In this document: positions 31,112 to 42,019 of the stretch, in pieces
How the letters are laid out: each line of letters begins with the position of its first letter
Position numbering within the stretch: position 1 is the stretch's first letter
Origin: an uncultured delta proteobacterium
GTDB taxonomy: Bacteria; Desulfobacterota; Desulfobacteria; Desulfobacterales; Desulfatirhabdiaceae
Direction: 5' to 3'
NCBI GenBank assembly: GCA_963789395.1
Contig: CAWBKP010000024.1
Coordinates: forward strand, 32,001-96,000
DNA length: 64,000 bases
Made by a program: the position numbers and the translations under genes
Notes under the pieces: model-generated
Database searches by the model: none
What the model was told of the DNA's origin: nothing
Seen by the model: only the letters and a program-made list of their open reading frames with translations

Positions 31112-33427
31112 ATGCTGAATCTGTTCCGTCATCCCCGCCGCAGCTTGATTTCAAAGCTCATTGTGATTGTCGGCATGACCTTGCTGCTGTCCATGTCCAC
31201 CTGGGCCTATTTCAATATCAACGAACAAAAAAACCGGGTCATGGAAAACATTATTGCCAATGCGGATCGACTGACCAACACGATCCGTCTGGGAACCCAC
31301 TATGCCATGATGCTCAATTCCCGTGATGATATCACGCAGATCATCACCAATATCGGTAAACAGGAAGGCATCGAAAATATAAGAATCTATAATAAAGAAG
31401 GACAGATCAAATTTTCCAACGCCGCTTCCGAGGTCAATACCACAACCAATATTAAGGCGGAAGCCTGCGATATCTGCCATCGGACGGACCCGCCACTTTC
31501 AGAGCTGACGCTTTCCGGCCGGACCCGGATCATGAATTCTTTCAAGGGGTATCGGCTTCTGGGAATTATCACACCGATCAACAATGAGCCGAGCTGTGCA
31601 ACGGATGCCTGCCATGTACATCCTCAGGGGAAAAAAATTTTGGGCGCGCTGGATGTGGTGGTTTCACTTGAAAAAACCGATCAGGATATTGCGGGGTTTG
31701 AAAGAGGCATTTTATCCCTGACGGTATTTGTATTTCTGATTACGTCCATGTTGATTTCCATCATCGTGATCCGTTTTATCAGCCGGCCGATTCAAAAACT
31801 GATTGCCGGGACCCGGTTTTTTGCCAGGGGCGAGTACGATCACCAGGTGGACATTGCCCCGAACGATGAAATGGGGTTTCTGGCGGAAGCCATCAACCGG
31901 ATGGGAAAGGCGATCGGTGAAAAACAGGCTGAGTTGAACAAGCAGAAAGATGAATATCAGCGTTTGTTTGAACTTGTTCCGTGTTTGATTACCATCCAGG
32001 ACAGGGAGTTTAAACTCATCCATTACAACCGGGAATTTGCCGAGAAGTTCAATCCGAAATCCGGCGATTCCTGTTTCCAGGCCTATAAGGGGTTGGATAC
32101 GCGATGCAGTTCCTGCCCGGTGGAAAAAACGATTCAGGATGGACTGTCCCATTATGGTGAAGAATCCCGGGTCAATGCCGACGGGTCGGTGACCCACTGG
32201 GTGGCGAGAACCTCGCCGGTGAAAAATACCGAAGGAGAGATCGTGGCGGTCATGGAAGTCTGCCTGGATATTACGCGCAGAAAAGAGCTGGAAGTCAGTC
32301 TGGTAAACTCGGAAAAGAAATATCATGCCATTTTCAACAACATCCCCAATCCCGTGTTTGTTCTGGATGTGAATACACTTGAAGTCTTGGACTGCAATCA
32401 AAGTGTTTCTACGGTTTATGGTTATTCACCGGATGAATTGCTGCATCAGCCATTTTTGCAGATGTTCCGGGAAGAGGACATAGCGGTTCTGGACCGGAAA
32501 TTAAAGACGGAAAGTGTTATTCATCGCATGAAACAGGTCAACAAATCCGGGGGAACGCTGTTTGTGGATATCTGGATTTCGCCCTCAGACCAGTTTTATT
32601 TAAATTGGCCCGGGCGAAACGTGCTGCTGGTGACGACCAGCGATATCACCGAGCGCCTGGAAACCGAACAGCAGTTTATTCAGGCCAGTAAAATGGCGAC
32701 CCTTGGGGAAATGGCTACCGGCGTTGCCCATGAACTGAACCAGCCGCTTTCGGTCATCAAGACGGCCAGCAGCTTTTTTATCCGGAAAATCACCCGGCTG
32801 GAAAAGATCGATGAAGACATTCTGATCAACATGCTGGGCAAAATAGACAGCAATGTGGACCGGGCCAGCCGGATCATCAGCCACATGCGGCTGTTTGCCA
32901 GAAAATCCGAGGGAAAGCTGGAAAATGTCCAGGTCAACGAGATCCTGGAAAAAGCATACGAAATCTTCAGCCAGCAACTGAAGGTTCGAGGCATCGATGT
33001 GCTGTGGCAAATTGAAAAGAATCTGCCGCCTGTTCTGGGTGATCCGGGGCGTTTGGAGCAGGTATGTATCAACCTGATCCTGAATGCCAGGGATGCTATT
33101 GAAGAAAGATGGGGGAATCAAGAACCCGAAGAGGGCGGTAAACGGATAACGCTGAAAACCTGGAAAACGGACAATACGGTTGGCATCGAAATTCAGGATA
33201 CCGGCAAGGGAATTCCCGATACGATTCTGGATAAAATATTCGAGCCGTTTTTTACCACAAAGGAAGTGGGGAAAGGAACCGGCCTGGGACTGTCTATCAG
33301 TTACGGCATTGTCAAGGAATGCGGGGGCGACATTCACGTCACGTCGGAAGAAGGCAAGGGCGCATGCTTTGTTATTCATTTTCCCATACAGGATAAAAAT
33401 GATGAAGAAGACCATTTTACTGGTTGA
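31112..33427 (+). CDS. Membrane sensor histidine kinase (TM, periplasmic haem-c motifs, TM, HAMP, PAS, PAS, HisKA, HATPase)
   Basis: Two hydrophobic helices flank CDICH and [42 protein letters not shown]. Confidence 0.92.
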   Translation: MLNLFRHPRRSLISKLIVIVGMTLLLSMSTWAYFNINEQKNRVMENIIANADRLTNTIRLGTHYAMMLNSRDDITQIITNIGKQEGIENIRIYNKEGQIKFSNAASEVNTTTNIKAEACDICHRTDPPLSELTLSGRTRIMNSFKGYRLLGIITPINNEPSCATDACHVHPQGKKILGALDVVVSLEKTDQDIAGFERGILSLTVFVFLITSMLISIIVIRFISRPIQKLIAGTRFFARGEYDHQVDIAPNDEMGFLAEAINRMGKAIGEKQAELNKQKDEYQRLFELVPCLITIQDREFKLIHYNREFAEKFNPKSGDSCFQAYKGLDTRCSSCPVEKTIQDGLSHYGEESRVNADGSVTHWVARTSPVKNTEGEIVAVMEVCLDITRRKELEVSLVNSEKKYHAIFNNIPNPVFVLDVNTLEVLDCNQSVSTVYGYSPDELLHQPFLQMFREEDIAVLDRKLKTESVIHRMKQVNKSGGTLFVDIWISPSDQFYLNWPGRNVLLVTTSDITERLETEQQFIQASKMATLGEMATGVAHELNQPLSVIKTASSFFIRKITRLEKIDEDILINMLGKIDSNVDRASRIISHMRLFARKSEGKLENVQVNEILEKAYEIFSQQLKVRGIDVLWQIEKNLPPVLGDPGRLEQVCINLILNARDAIEERWGNQEPEEGGKRITLKTWKTDNTVGIEIQDTGKGIPDTILDKIFEPFFTTKEVGKGTGLGLSISYGIVKECGGDIHVTSEEGKGACFVIHFPIQDKNDEEDHFTG

Positions 33428-34526
33428 CGACGAAGCGGATATCCGTGAAATTCTGTCACTTTTTCTACAGGATCTGGGATATGCAGTGGTTGCTGCGGAA
33501 AACGGCCTGGAAGCGCTCAAACTGTTTCGAGAGACCCTGCCGTTGCTGGTGATTTCAGACATCAAAATGCCGGGAATGGATGGCATTGAACTGCTTCGAA
33601 AAATCAAGCTGGAAAGCCCGGACACGGAATTTATCATGATCACCGGTCACGGTGATATGGAACTGGCCATTATCAGTTTTCAGGGACAGGCTGCGGATTT
33701 TATCACCAAGCCCATCAATGTGGATGTTCTGGAAATCGCCTTGAAAAAAGTCTGCGATAAAATCCGCTGCCGGAAGATGCTCCGGGAATACACGGAAAAT
33801 CTGGAAAAACTGATCCGCGAAAAAACCGAGTTGCAGAACCATCTGTCCTCTCTGGGGCTGATGATCGGTTCCATTTCCCATGGCCTCAAAGGGCTTCTGA
33901 CCGGCCTGGACGGGGGCATGTATCTGGTGGATTCCGGGTTTACCAAAGACAATCAGGAGCAGATTCAGGAGGGCTGGCAAATCGTCAAGCTCACCGTGGA
34001 TCGCATCCGGAAAATGGTTCTGGATATTCTCTATTATGCCAAGGAACGGGATTTGAAATGGGAGACCGTGGATATCCTCAGTTTTGCAGAAGACATTGCA
34101 ACCGGCATTCAGCCTAAAATGGACATTCAACAGATCACATTTATCAAAGACTTCGATCCATCTATCGGCGCCTTGGAAATCGATCCCGGCAGCATCCATT
34201 CGGCCCTGATCAATATCCTTGAAAACGCCATGGACGCCTGCATCCGGGATACGGCGGAAAAACAGAAACAGGTGACATTCGGGGTCAAACAGGATCCCGA
34301 TCACATTCTTTTTGAAATCACCGACACCGGCACGGGCATGGACCGGGAAACCCGCGAAAAACTTTTTACCCTGTTTTTTTCCTCAAAAGGCAGCAAGGGA
34401 ACAGGTCTGGGGCTGTTTATTTCCCAAAAAATCATCTCTCAGCACGGTGGATCCATCCATGTCGCCTCAGTTCCCGGTCACGGCTCTCAGTTCATCATCA
34501 AAATCCCCAAAACGATTCTGATGTAA
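33399..34526 (+). CDS. Hybrid REC-histidine kinase
   Basis: DDE...SDIKMPGMDG...TGHG...KP; SISHGLKG H-box; NAMDA, DTGTG, GTGLGL; start overlaps the upstream kinase. Confidence 0.9.
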   Translation: MMKKTILLVDDEADIREILSLFLQDLGYAVVAAENGLEALKLFRETLPLLVISDIKMPGMDGIELLRKIKLESPDTEFIMITGHGDMELAIISFQGQAADFITKPINVDVLEIALKKVCDKIRCRKMLREYTENLEKLIREKTELQNHLSSLGLMIGSISHGLKGLLTGLDGGMYLVDSGFTKDNQEQIQEGWQIVKLTVDRIRKMVLDILYYAKERDLKWETVDILSFAEDIATGIQPKMDIQQITFIKDFDPSIGALEIDPGSIHSALINILENAMDACIRDTAEKQKQVTFGVKQDPDHILFEITDTGTGMDRETREKLFTLFFSSKGSKGTGLGLFISQKIISQHGGSIHVASVPGHGSQFIIKIPKTILM

Positions 34527-34532
34527 AATGCT

Positions 34533-36296
34533 TCAGCTGCCGAGTTTCTGCTTGATCGTTGTCCAGAGTTTTCGCCTTCGACTGTGTTCAAACTGCCATT
34601 GATCAAGGATATGCCGGTAGGCTTCAGGATTGAGCTCTTTGACAACAGCCAGCCAACTGACATGAAGGTTGTAATTGGAACCGATCACGACAATGGGGCT
34701 GGGAACCATTTTTGGCGCATATTTCACCCAGCATTCCATTACAACCGGAAGATGGTTTGATCCCATCATTTTATTAAGCCATTCCCGGCGGCAAATGTTG
34801 TGGGATTTGTCCCCGATGATACTGTCAGTGCATATCTGAACGACCTGGGGAAAACGGGTTTTGATATCGGTCAGTTCTGCCAGGTCCCGTGTCAGAACAA
34901 AAAAAGCCTGTTTCTGGTCCATGAATGCTTTGGAATTTGCTTGAATATACAGCAACCATTCCTGCAGTTTTGCTGAAAACCAGGGTTTCCCCTTGGCAGG
35001 GTCCAGTCCGGCTTCAATCAGCCAGTTTATCCAGCAATCTGTGAAGTTTTTCCCCCGTCCCGGTTTAAAGCCCAGGGCTACCGAAAGGATATGCTGCTGC
35101 CAGGCTGCCAGCAGGCTGGACACTGCAGGCAGACCGGTTTTTTGAACCAGTCCGGCCATGCTGTCCCAGTCAAAAGGGTTCTGGTACGTGAGCTGCTGAA
35201 ACCGAACCAACTGGTTGCGCTCGACCCAGCCAATTTTTTCTGTAGCAACAATCCAGTCCTTGAGAACGTCTGAAATCGCTTCATCCGGAAAGTGATGAAT
35301 GCCGCGTTTAACGATCGCAGCCAGAAGGTGGGTTTCCGGAGCCCAGGAAGCGATATCCCCTTCCTGATCAGCATAACGCGTTATAATGAGATGGCATATT
35401 TTTTCCGCCTCTTCCCATTGATTGTTTTTGAGCAGGTTTTTTAAAGGCGGAACACCATACAACCAGTTTTCATTCATGAGTTTTAGACAGCTATCGAGAT
35501 ATACCCGAGTGTCGAACCGCCTGGACAGATTCAGGTATATCTGATGCCAGAACGAATCCACATGGTTTAACCGGCTTTCCCACTCCGGGTCATTTTCTTG
35601 GCGTTTAATATCATCAAAAATCTGTTCCTGGTGATCCTCTGGAAGGGATTCAAAAAAATACATCACCCCCTGGCTGTTCAACTGAATGAATTTGAGGTGT
35701 TCTTCTAGAAGATTTAATCGGTTGATGAACTGCTCCGGGGTTGGGGATGTCATCCAGGTCCATTTCAGGATGCACTGGGTGGCGAATGTTCCGATCATGC
35801 ATCCGGTTTTATCAAGGTTCATCCAATCCGGATAATCCCTCATGTTTTTTTCAATCCCGATAATTGCATGCATGAAAATATCGGGGTCAGCCACATTGAG
35901 GGGGGATACCAGTTCAATCAGGGGAAGGAGATATCGGCAGACTTCTTCCAGGTCATCCGCAAACTGGGTATTGTTGAAAATCGGCGATTCCCAGGTGTGC
36001 TGACGCAATGCATATTCCCCATCTTCATCACCGATTTTTGCGGCAATACTGTTCCAGAGGTCCCAGAGACGTTGCCATTGTTGGATGATTTTTGCGTCTG
36101 GAGACAAGATTTTAGAGGGTTTAGCGCGCTTTGAGGTGACCAGCCCGGCAACGGTGTTTGCTGTTCCGCCATCCAGGCGGGACAGCAGCACGTCCAGATG
36201 ATCGGGATTGATGATGGAAAATGCAGCATCGAATACTTTGGCAAGCTCTTCATATGTTAATGCTTCAAGCAGTCGATATCCAATCTTTCTTTTCAT
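34533..36296 (-). CDS. Large Trp-rich, probably all-helical hypothetical protein
   Basis: Open frame of about 587 aa from MKRKIGY; no motif recognised. Confidence 0.7.
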   Translation of the reverse strand: MKRKIGYRLLEALTYEELAKVFDAAFSIINPDHLDVLLSRLDGGTANTVAGLVTSKRAKPSKILSPDAKIIQQWQRLWDLWNSIAAKIGDEDGEYALRQHTWESPIFNNTQFADDLEEVCRYLLPLIELVSPLNVADPDIFMHAIIGIEKNMRDYPDWMNLDKTGCMIGTFATQCILKWTWMTSPTPEQFINRLNLLEEHLKFIQLNSQGVMYFFESLPEDHQEQIFDDIKRQENDPEWESRLNHVDSFWHQIYLNLSRRFDTRVYLDSCLKLMNENWLYGVPPLKNLLKNNQWEEAEKICHLIITRYADQEGDIASWAPETHLLAAIVKRGIHHFPDEAISDVLKDWIVATEKIGWVERNQLVRFQQLTYQNPFDWDSMAGLVQKTGLPAVSSLLAAWQQHILSVALGFKPGRGKNFTDCWINWLIEAGLDPAKGKPWFSAKLQEWLLYIQANSKAFMDQKQAFFVLTRDLAELTDIKTRFPQVVQICTDSIIGDKSHNICRREWLNKMMGSNHLPVVMECWVKYAPKMVPSPIVVIGSNYNLHVSWLAVVKELNPEAYRHILDQWQFEHSRRRKLWTTIKQKLGS

Positions 36297-36371
36297 CACC
36301 TGTCTCCGGCAACCGATTCGCGGCCATACATGGATCAGCGGGCCGAACATGGCCGCTGAAATTGGAAAATT

Positions 36372-36429
36372 GAATCTGTTTGGGATTTCAGCATTCGTCT
36401 TTTGCCTGAACGGATAATCCGTTCAGGCA
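36372..36429. repeat. Copy of heptamer/TTGCCTGAAC repeat with perfect 13-bp palindrome
   Basis: gaatctgtttgg-gatttca-gcattcg-tcttttgcctgaacggat-a-atccgttcaggca. Confidence 0.65.
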
Positions 36430-36433
36430 CTTA

Positions 36434-36793
36434 CTACAGACTGATGACCGCTCCATTGCAGGCGAGCTCGATCAGCTCGGCGCCGGTGGCCATTCTTGCT
36501 CCCTTGATCAGTTCCTGCGCACTGATTTTGCGGGATACCGCACAAGGCGTGCAGACCAGGATCGGTACATCATATTCCTGAAGGTAGGACAGATGATCAT
36601 CCGCGGAATCGCCGGTGGCTGCCCGCAAATAAGCAGTCATCCCTTCCTTGGCCAGATATACGCCTTCATCCAGCAGGAACACGGTCGTATTCTTTCCCTG
36701 TTTTTTGGCGGTGGCAGCCATGAAAAAAGCCCGGGTTGCCCGGTTGGGATTGTCTGTTCCGCATGAAAGTACCACTACAACATTGTCAGTCAT
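36434..36793 (-). CDS. DsrE/DsrF-family (peroxiredoxin-like) protein
   Basis: VFLLDEGVYL, VCTPCAVSR; AGGAG RBS before ATG at 36793. Confidence 0.85.
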   Translation of the reverse strand: MTDNVVVVLSCGTDNPNRATRAFFMAATAKKQGKNTTVFLLDEGVYLAKEGMTAYLRAATGDSADDHLSYLQEYDVPILVCTPCAVSRKISAQELIKGARMATGAELIELACNGAVISL

Positions 36794-36964
36794 TCGCTTT
36801 CTCCTAGTTTGTGGGTTATCATCCAAACCGAGAGCATCCGGTCTGGCACTTAGAATGAAGATGTGATAAGATCCATCCTTATACCGATTCTATACCATTA
36901 AAAACAAGTCGAATCAATGGTTTTATCCATGATTCTGAGCAGATACTTTAAACTTTAGGCAAAC

Positions 36965-38074
36965 ATGATTCCCAAACCGATTTACACCCGACCCATCTGG
37001 CTGGACAGCGACAACCAAATCTTGAAGGTTATCGATCAGAGACTGCTGCCGCATACCGTTAGTGTCCTGAACCTGAAAACCGCCGACGATGTTATCCATG
37101 CGATTCGGGAAATGGCTGTCAGGGGAGCCCCGCTGATTGGCGTCACCGCAGCTTATGGTGTTTACCTTTCCGTTGTGAATTCGAAAAGCCAGGATGATCC
37201 GGATAATTTTCTGTTGCAGGACTGCAGCCGCATCAAATCCAGTCGCCCCACAGCCGTAAACCTTGTTTGGGCTGTGGATCGCATGCTGGATAAACTTTCT
37301 GGAATCTACACACTTTCCGCTAAAATCGAAGCTGCAAGAAAAGAAGCGGAATGCATTGCGGAGGCTGAAGTTGAAAACTGCCGCCGAATCGGCATTCACG
37401 GACTGCCGCTGCTTGAGAAAATTGCAGATACAAAGCCGGGAAAGCCCCTGAATATTCTGACGCACTGCAATGCCGGGTGGCTGGCATGCGTGGCGCATGG
37501 AACCGCTACGGCTCCGATTTATGCTGCGTTTGAAGCCGGCATGGATATTCATGTGTGGGTGGATGAGACCCGGCCGCTTAACCAGGGCGCCCGGCTGACT
37601 GCATGGGAACTGGGGCAGCGCGGGGTCAGCCATACGGTGATTACGGATAATGCCGGGGGACACCTCATGCAGCACGGTCTGGTGGATGTGGTGATTGTCG
37701 GGTCGGATCGGGCCACCCGGACAGGGGATATCGCCAACAAGATCGGAACCTATCTGAAGGCTCTGGCGGCAAAGGACAACGCTGTTCCGTTTTACGTGGC
37801 GCTTCCCTCCAGTACATTCGACTGGAACCTGACCGATGGGTTAATGGATATCCCCATTGAAGTCCGGGACCCGGATGAAGTCCGGTACGTTCAGGGGTTA
37901 TCCAGCGATACACTCTCCCGGATTCTTATCCCTCCCGTAAACAGTCCGGCCGCCAATTATGCCTTTGATGTGACGCCGTCAAGGCTCATTACCGGTCTGA
38001 TTACCCAAAGAGGTGTCTGCAGAGCAAACGAGGCCGATATTCTTAGGCTTTTTCCCGAACATTCTGGAAATTGA
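36965..38074 (+). CDS. mtnA: S-methyl-5-thioribose-1-phosphate isomerase
   Basis: DQRLLP, VRGAPLIG, RPTAVNL, LTHCNAG, DETRPLNQGARLTAWEL, ANKIGTY. Confidence 0.95.
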   Translation: MIPKPIYTRPIWLDSDNQILKVIDQRLLPHTVSVLNLKTADDVIHAIREMAVRGAPLIGVTAAYGVYLSVVNSKSQDDPDNFLLQDCSRIKSSRPTAVNLVWAVDRMLDKLSGIYTLSAKIEAARKEAECIAEAEVENCRRIGIHGLPLLEKIADTKPGKPLNILTHCNAGWLACVAHGTATAPIYAAFEAGMDIHVWVDETRPLNQGARLTAWELGQRGVSHTVITDNAGGHLMQHGLVDVVIVGSDRATRTGDIANKIGTYLKALAAKDNAVPFYVALPSSTFDWNLTDGLMDIPIEVRDPDEVRYVQGLSSDTLSRILIPPVNSPAANYAFDVTPSRLITGLITQRGVCRANEADILRLFPEHSGN

Positions 38075-38143
38075 GATGGATTTTTTGCCACGTCATCCGA
38101 AATAATCCTTGACATCTATTTGAAATAACCCTTAAATCGCCCC

Positions 38144-38629
38144 ATGTTGACAGATCTGGAAAAAAAAATCATTACAGCTGTTCAGGATGACATACCCATT
38201 ACACCACGTCCGTTTAAAGCTATTTCCGATAGCATCGGAATTTCTGAAGCTGTTTTTCTGAAAACGCTTCAGGAGCTGTGCGACCGGGGCGTTATCCGCA
38301 GACTGGGAGCGACTCTGCGCCATCAGAAATCCGGGTATGAGGCCAATGCCATGACCGCCTGGCAGGTGGAAGAAGATCGGGTGGAAGAAGTGGGACAAAA
38401 AATGGCCTTATTTCGTGAAGTCTCGCATTGCTACCGTCGAAATCCCAGCAGCCGATGGCCGTATAATCTCTACACGATGATTCATGCCCGTGATGAGAAT
38501 GCCTGTGTGGAAATCGCCCGCGGCATCTCCCGTGCCACCGCCGTCACGACCTATAAACTGCTTTTCAGCCGGAGGGAATTAAAGAAAACTTCCATGGAAT
38601 ATTTCCCGAACGGCGATGAAGAAGGATAA
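38144..38629 (+). CDS. ahbB: Siroheme decarboxylase subunit B (AhbB/NirH-like, Lrp/AsnC fold)
   Basis: PITPRPF, RRLGATLRHQKSGY-ANAMTAW, VSHCYRR, WPYNLYTMIH, ELKKTSM. Confidence 0.85.
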   Translation: MLTDLEKKIITAVQDDIPITPRPFKAISDSIGISEAVFLKTLQELCDRGVIRRLGATLRHQKSGYEANAMTAWQVEEDRVEEVGQKMALFREVSHCYRRNPSSRWPYNLYTMIHARDENACVEIARGISRATAVTTYKLLFSRRELKKTSMEYFPNGDEEG

Positions 38630-38661
38630 GTATATTTGCGGACCAATCGCATCTACCTGTT

Positions 38662-40026
38662 TTGACATCAGACGCCACTCCCCACATTCTTCTGGTTAAC
38701 CCCTGGATACACGATTTTGCAGCCTATGATTTCTGGGCCGCCCCCCTGGGGCTGTTGACGCTCGGCGCCATGCTGCGGGATCAAGGTGCCAGGATATCTT
38801 ACGTGGATTGTCTTGACCGATTCCACCCCCGGTTGCCGGATGTCGATCCCTGCGCCAGGTTCGGCAGGGGGCCGTATCTGAAAACGCGCATTGAAAAGCC
38901 TGTCGGAATGGCGGATATCCCGAGAAACTTTTGCCGGTACGGGATTTTGCCAGAATGGTTTGAAGCGGACCTAAAGGGCTTTCCCCGGCCGGACCTGGTG
39001 CTGGTTACTTCGATGATGACCTACTGGTATCCGGGGGTTCAGGAAGCCATTTCGATTCTCAAGACGGTATTTCCCGAAGTGCCGGTGATTCTGGGTGGAA
39101 TTTATGCCACGCTTTGTTACGAACATGCTGTCCGGTTTTCCGGAGCAGACCTTGTGATTGCCGGTCCGGGAGAAACCCAGCTTTTTGCAGCGGTAAAAAA
39201 ATTTACCGGATGGTCTGCTGCCGGCCCTGAAACCGATTCGGACATTTTAAACGTTTTACCGTTTCCTGCAGCGGATCTTCAGCGAAAAATTTCTTTTGTC
39301 GCCTTGATGACTTCAACCGGATGCCCGTTTTCCTGCGACTACTGCGCATCCGGATATCTGAACGCAATGCGGCGGCTTCGGTCCCCGGATCGGATCGTTG
39401 CAGAGATCCGGTTCTGGAATTCCCGCTACGGCATCCGGGATATGGTGTTTTATGATGATGCCCTGCTGGTGGATTCCGAGCGTCACGCCATCCCCCTGTT
39501 TGAGAACATCATCGCCTGCGGACTCGGTAATAAGGTTCGTTTTCATACGCCCAATGCCGTTCATATTCGGGAAATCACGCACGCAACCGCCCGGCTCATG
39601 GCTGAAGCTGGCTTTCAGACGCTCCGGCTCGGTCTTGAAACCGCGGCGGAAGATCGCAGGGATTTTGACCACAAAGTGACGCGAAAAGAATTTATTGCCG
39701 CTGTATCCTGTCTGAAATCCGCGGGATTTCGCGGCGACCAGATCGGCGCTTACCTGCTGACAGGCCTGCCGGGTCAGTCCTGGGATTCGGTTGCGGAATC
39801 CGTTGAAACGGTGCAAAAAGCCGGAATCACTCCGATTCCTGCTCATTTTTCGCCGATCCCCCACACGGCGCTATGGCCTGCGGCCGTTGCATCATCACGA
39901 TATGACCTGGAATCCGATCCGATCTTTACCAACAACGCGATTTTTCCCTGCCACAAAGAGCCATTTTCATGGGAGCCGCTGATCAGAATGAAAAACCTTA
40001 TCAATACGCCGGCTTTCCGTACATAA
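38662..40026 (+). CDS. B12-binding radical SAM protein
   Basis: LVNPWIHDFAAYD, TSMMTYWYPG, LGGIYAT; GCPFSCDYC. Confidence 0.88.
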   Translation: MTSDATPHILLVNPWIHDFAAYDFWAAPLGLLTLGAMLRDQGARISYVDCLDRFHPRLPDVDPCARFGRGPYLKTRIEKPVGMADIPRNFCRYGILPEWFEADLKGFPRPDLVLVTSMMTYWYPGVQEAISILKTVFPEVPVILGGIYATLCYEHAVRFSGADLVIAGPGETQLFAAVKKFTGWSAAGPETDSDILNVLPFPAADLQRKISFVALMTSTGCPFSCDYCASGYLNAMRRLRSPDRIVAEIRFWNSRYGIRDMVFYDDALLVDSERHAIPLFENIIACGLGNKVRFHTPNAVHIREITHATARLMAEAGFQTLRLGLETAAEDRRDFDHKVTRKEFIAAVSCLKSAGFRGDQIGAYLLTGLPGQSWDSVAESVETVQKAGITPIPAHFSPIPHTALWPAAVASSRYDLESDPIFTNNAIFPCHKEPFSWEPLIRMKNLINTPAFRT

Positions 40027-40232
40027 TAACAGAATTCATTTGACTTGTTTCTGACAATTTCATATTCAATCGAAGTTCCACCATCTCAAGCAATTGCATA
40101 TCTGGATGAACTTCGTTATAAAAACATCATCGGGATGGCATGCATGGAACAGCCGGAATACCATGGCAATTGTCGTTTGCGAGACCATCAACCCTTTTTC
40201 CACTTCTAAAGGAGGAAACCACAAAATTATAT

Positions 40233-41717
40233 ATGAGCTGTAAAATCATCATTAACGCCATTGATCCGGCGGAATGCCGGATCGCCAGAGTACAAGACAG
40301 CAAACTCGAAGAATTCTATGTAGAGACAGCTTCCCGGGAATTTACACAGGGAAACATTTACAAAGCCGTTATTACCCGCGTTGAGCCAAGTCTTCAGGCG
40401 GTTTTCGTGGATTATGGCGCGGAACGGCATGGATTCCTTCAAAAAAGTGAAATTCACAGCGACTATTTCCAAGATGTTTGCTCGGGAGACTATGCCATTC
40501 AAAATCTTGTCAAGCGCGGTCAGGAGCTTCTGGTTCAGGTGATCAAGGAGCCGTTCATGAAAAAAGGGGCCATGCTGACCACGTTTATCTCACTTGCCGG
40601 AAGGCATGTGGTGCTGATGCCCGGCAGTGAAAATCGCGGCATTTCCCGGAAAATTGAAGATGAAGAAGAGCGCAGACGACTGAAAGATATCATTACCGGC
40701 ATCAAGCTGCCGGAAGGGTATGGCATCATCGTCCGGACTGCCGGGATCGATTGCACCAAAACCGATATCACCAAGGACTTGAATTATTTGATGCGGCTCT
40801 GGAAAAATATCAAGGGCAACGTCATGAAGGAGAAGTCCCCGGCCCTTCTGTATAAGGAACGCAACCTGGTGCTGCGGTCCCTCAGGGATTATTTTACGCC
40901 GGACATCACGGAGATTCTTATCGACGAGCCCGGAGTCTATCGGGACGCCAAGGAATTCATCGAGATCATCTCTCCCAAACAAACCAAGATCGTCAAGCTT
41001 TACAAAGGTCCCAAACCCATTTTTACCAAATGCGAATTGGAAACCCAGATTGCATCGATTTTCGAAAGCCGGGTGAATCTGAAATCCGGCGGATCCATCG
41101 TCATCGACCAGACCGAAGCGCTGGTTGCTATTGACGTTAATTCCGGAAAGGCGACCCAGAACAAATCCATCGAGCAGACCGCGCTGGTGACCAATCTTGA
41201 GGCAGCCGAAGAAATTGCCAGGCAATTACGATTGCGGGATCTGGGGGGACTGCTTGTTCTGGATTTTATTGACATGCGGGATCAGAAACATAAGCTGGAT
41301 ATTGAAAAGGCCCTGAAAAACCATCTCAAACTCGATAAGGCCAAAACCAAACTCGGCAAAATATCCAAGTTCGGCCTCCTGGAGATGTCCCGCCAGCGCA
41401 TCCGCCCTTCCATCGAATTCGGCAGTCACGAACCCTGCCGGCACTGCAAGGGAAAAGGGGTAACGCCTTCTGCCGAGACCCTGGGACTGGGTTTTTTACG
41501 ACAGCTTAACCTTGAAACCCTAAAGGATGACATTATCGGAGTCAAGGGGATTGTCCCATCGGAAGTCGCCTTTTTTTTACTGAACCGCAAACGCCGGGAA
41601 ATTCTGTATCTGGAAGAAAGCAGAGGGTTTAAAGTCACCATTGAAGGAGATCCGCTCATGGTGCCCGGGGACAGCCGGATAGTCTGTGACAGAAAGGCGG
41701 CTCAGGAAGGCGTATAA
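40233..41717 (+). CDS. rne: Ribonuclease E/G family (short form without long C-terminal scaffold)
   Basis: GNIYKA...RVEPSLQAVFVDYG S1 domain; IDVNSG; QLRLRDLGG...DFIDM; CRHCKGKG Zn-link. Confidence 0.9.
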   Translation: MSCKIIINAIDPAECRIARVQDSKLEEFYVETASREFTQGNIYKAVITRVEPSLQAVFVDYGAERHGFLQKSEIHSDYFQDVCSGDYAIQNLVKRGQELLVQVIKEPFMKKGAMLTTFISLAGRHVVLMPGSENRGISRKIEDEEERRRLKDIITGIKLPEGYGIIVRTAGIDCTKTDITKDLNYLMRLWKNIKGNVMKEKSPALLYKERNLVLRSLRDYFTPDITEILIDEPGVYRDAKEFIEIISPKQTKIVKLYKGPKPIFTKCELETQIASIFESRVNLKSGGSIVIDQTEALVAIDVNSGKATQNKSIEQTALVTNLEAAEEIARQLRLRDLGGLLVLDFIDMRDQKHKLDIEKALKNHLKLDKAKTKLGKISKFGLLEMSRQRIRPSIEFGSHEPCRHCKGKGVTPSAETLGLGFLRQLNLETLKDDIIGVKGIVPSEVAFFLLNRKRREILYLEESRGFKVTIEGDPLMVPGDSRIVCDRKAAQEGV

Positions 41718-42019
41718 CCGGGAAAGGAAAGGATAATGATGGATAGGAAACCAAAGCCCGGCCGAAGAATCTCCGTCTATTGATTGCAGCCAGATAGATA
41801 AAACCCCCGAGCTTCAGGCCCTCATGAAAAGCCGAAAATCGGCGTTCAGAGTGGATTCCGGCGTGGTCATGATTGTCCGACCCTTGACCTGTTCAGCCGG
41901 ATCGATTACCGGCAGGTCGATGATATCCGCCTTGACGGGAAAAATCTCTGGATAGCTGCTGAACAATGATTTAGGTGTTATCACTGTAATGCCGCGGACG
42001 ATATGTAATAGGAAATGAT

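Noticed and set aside
40071..40115. cgaagttc/gaacttcg stem in the rne leader as an autoregulatory element
   Set aside because: A single 8-bp stem is too weak to call without conservation data.
41814..41984. 56-codon minus-strand ORF (VITPKSLF...FMRA) between rne and purB
   Set aside because: No clear RBS and no recognisable motif; cannot be supported without a homology search.
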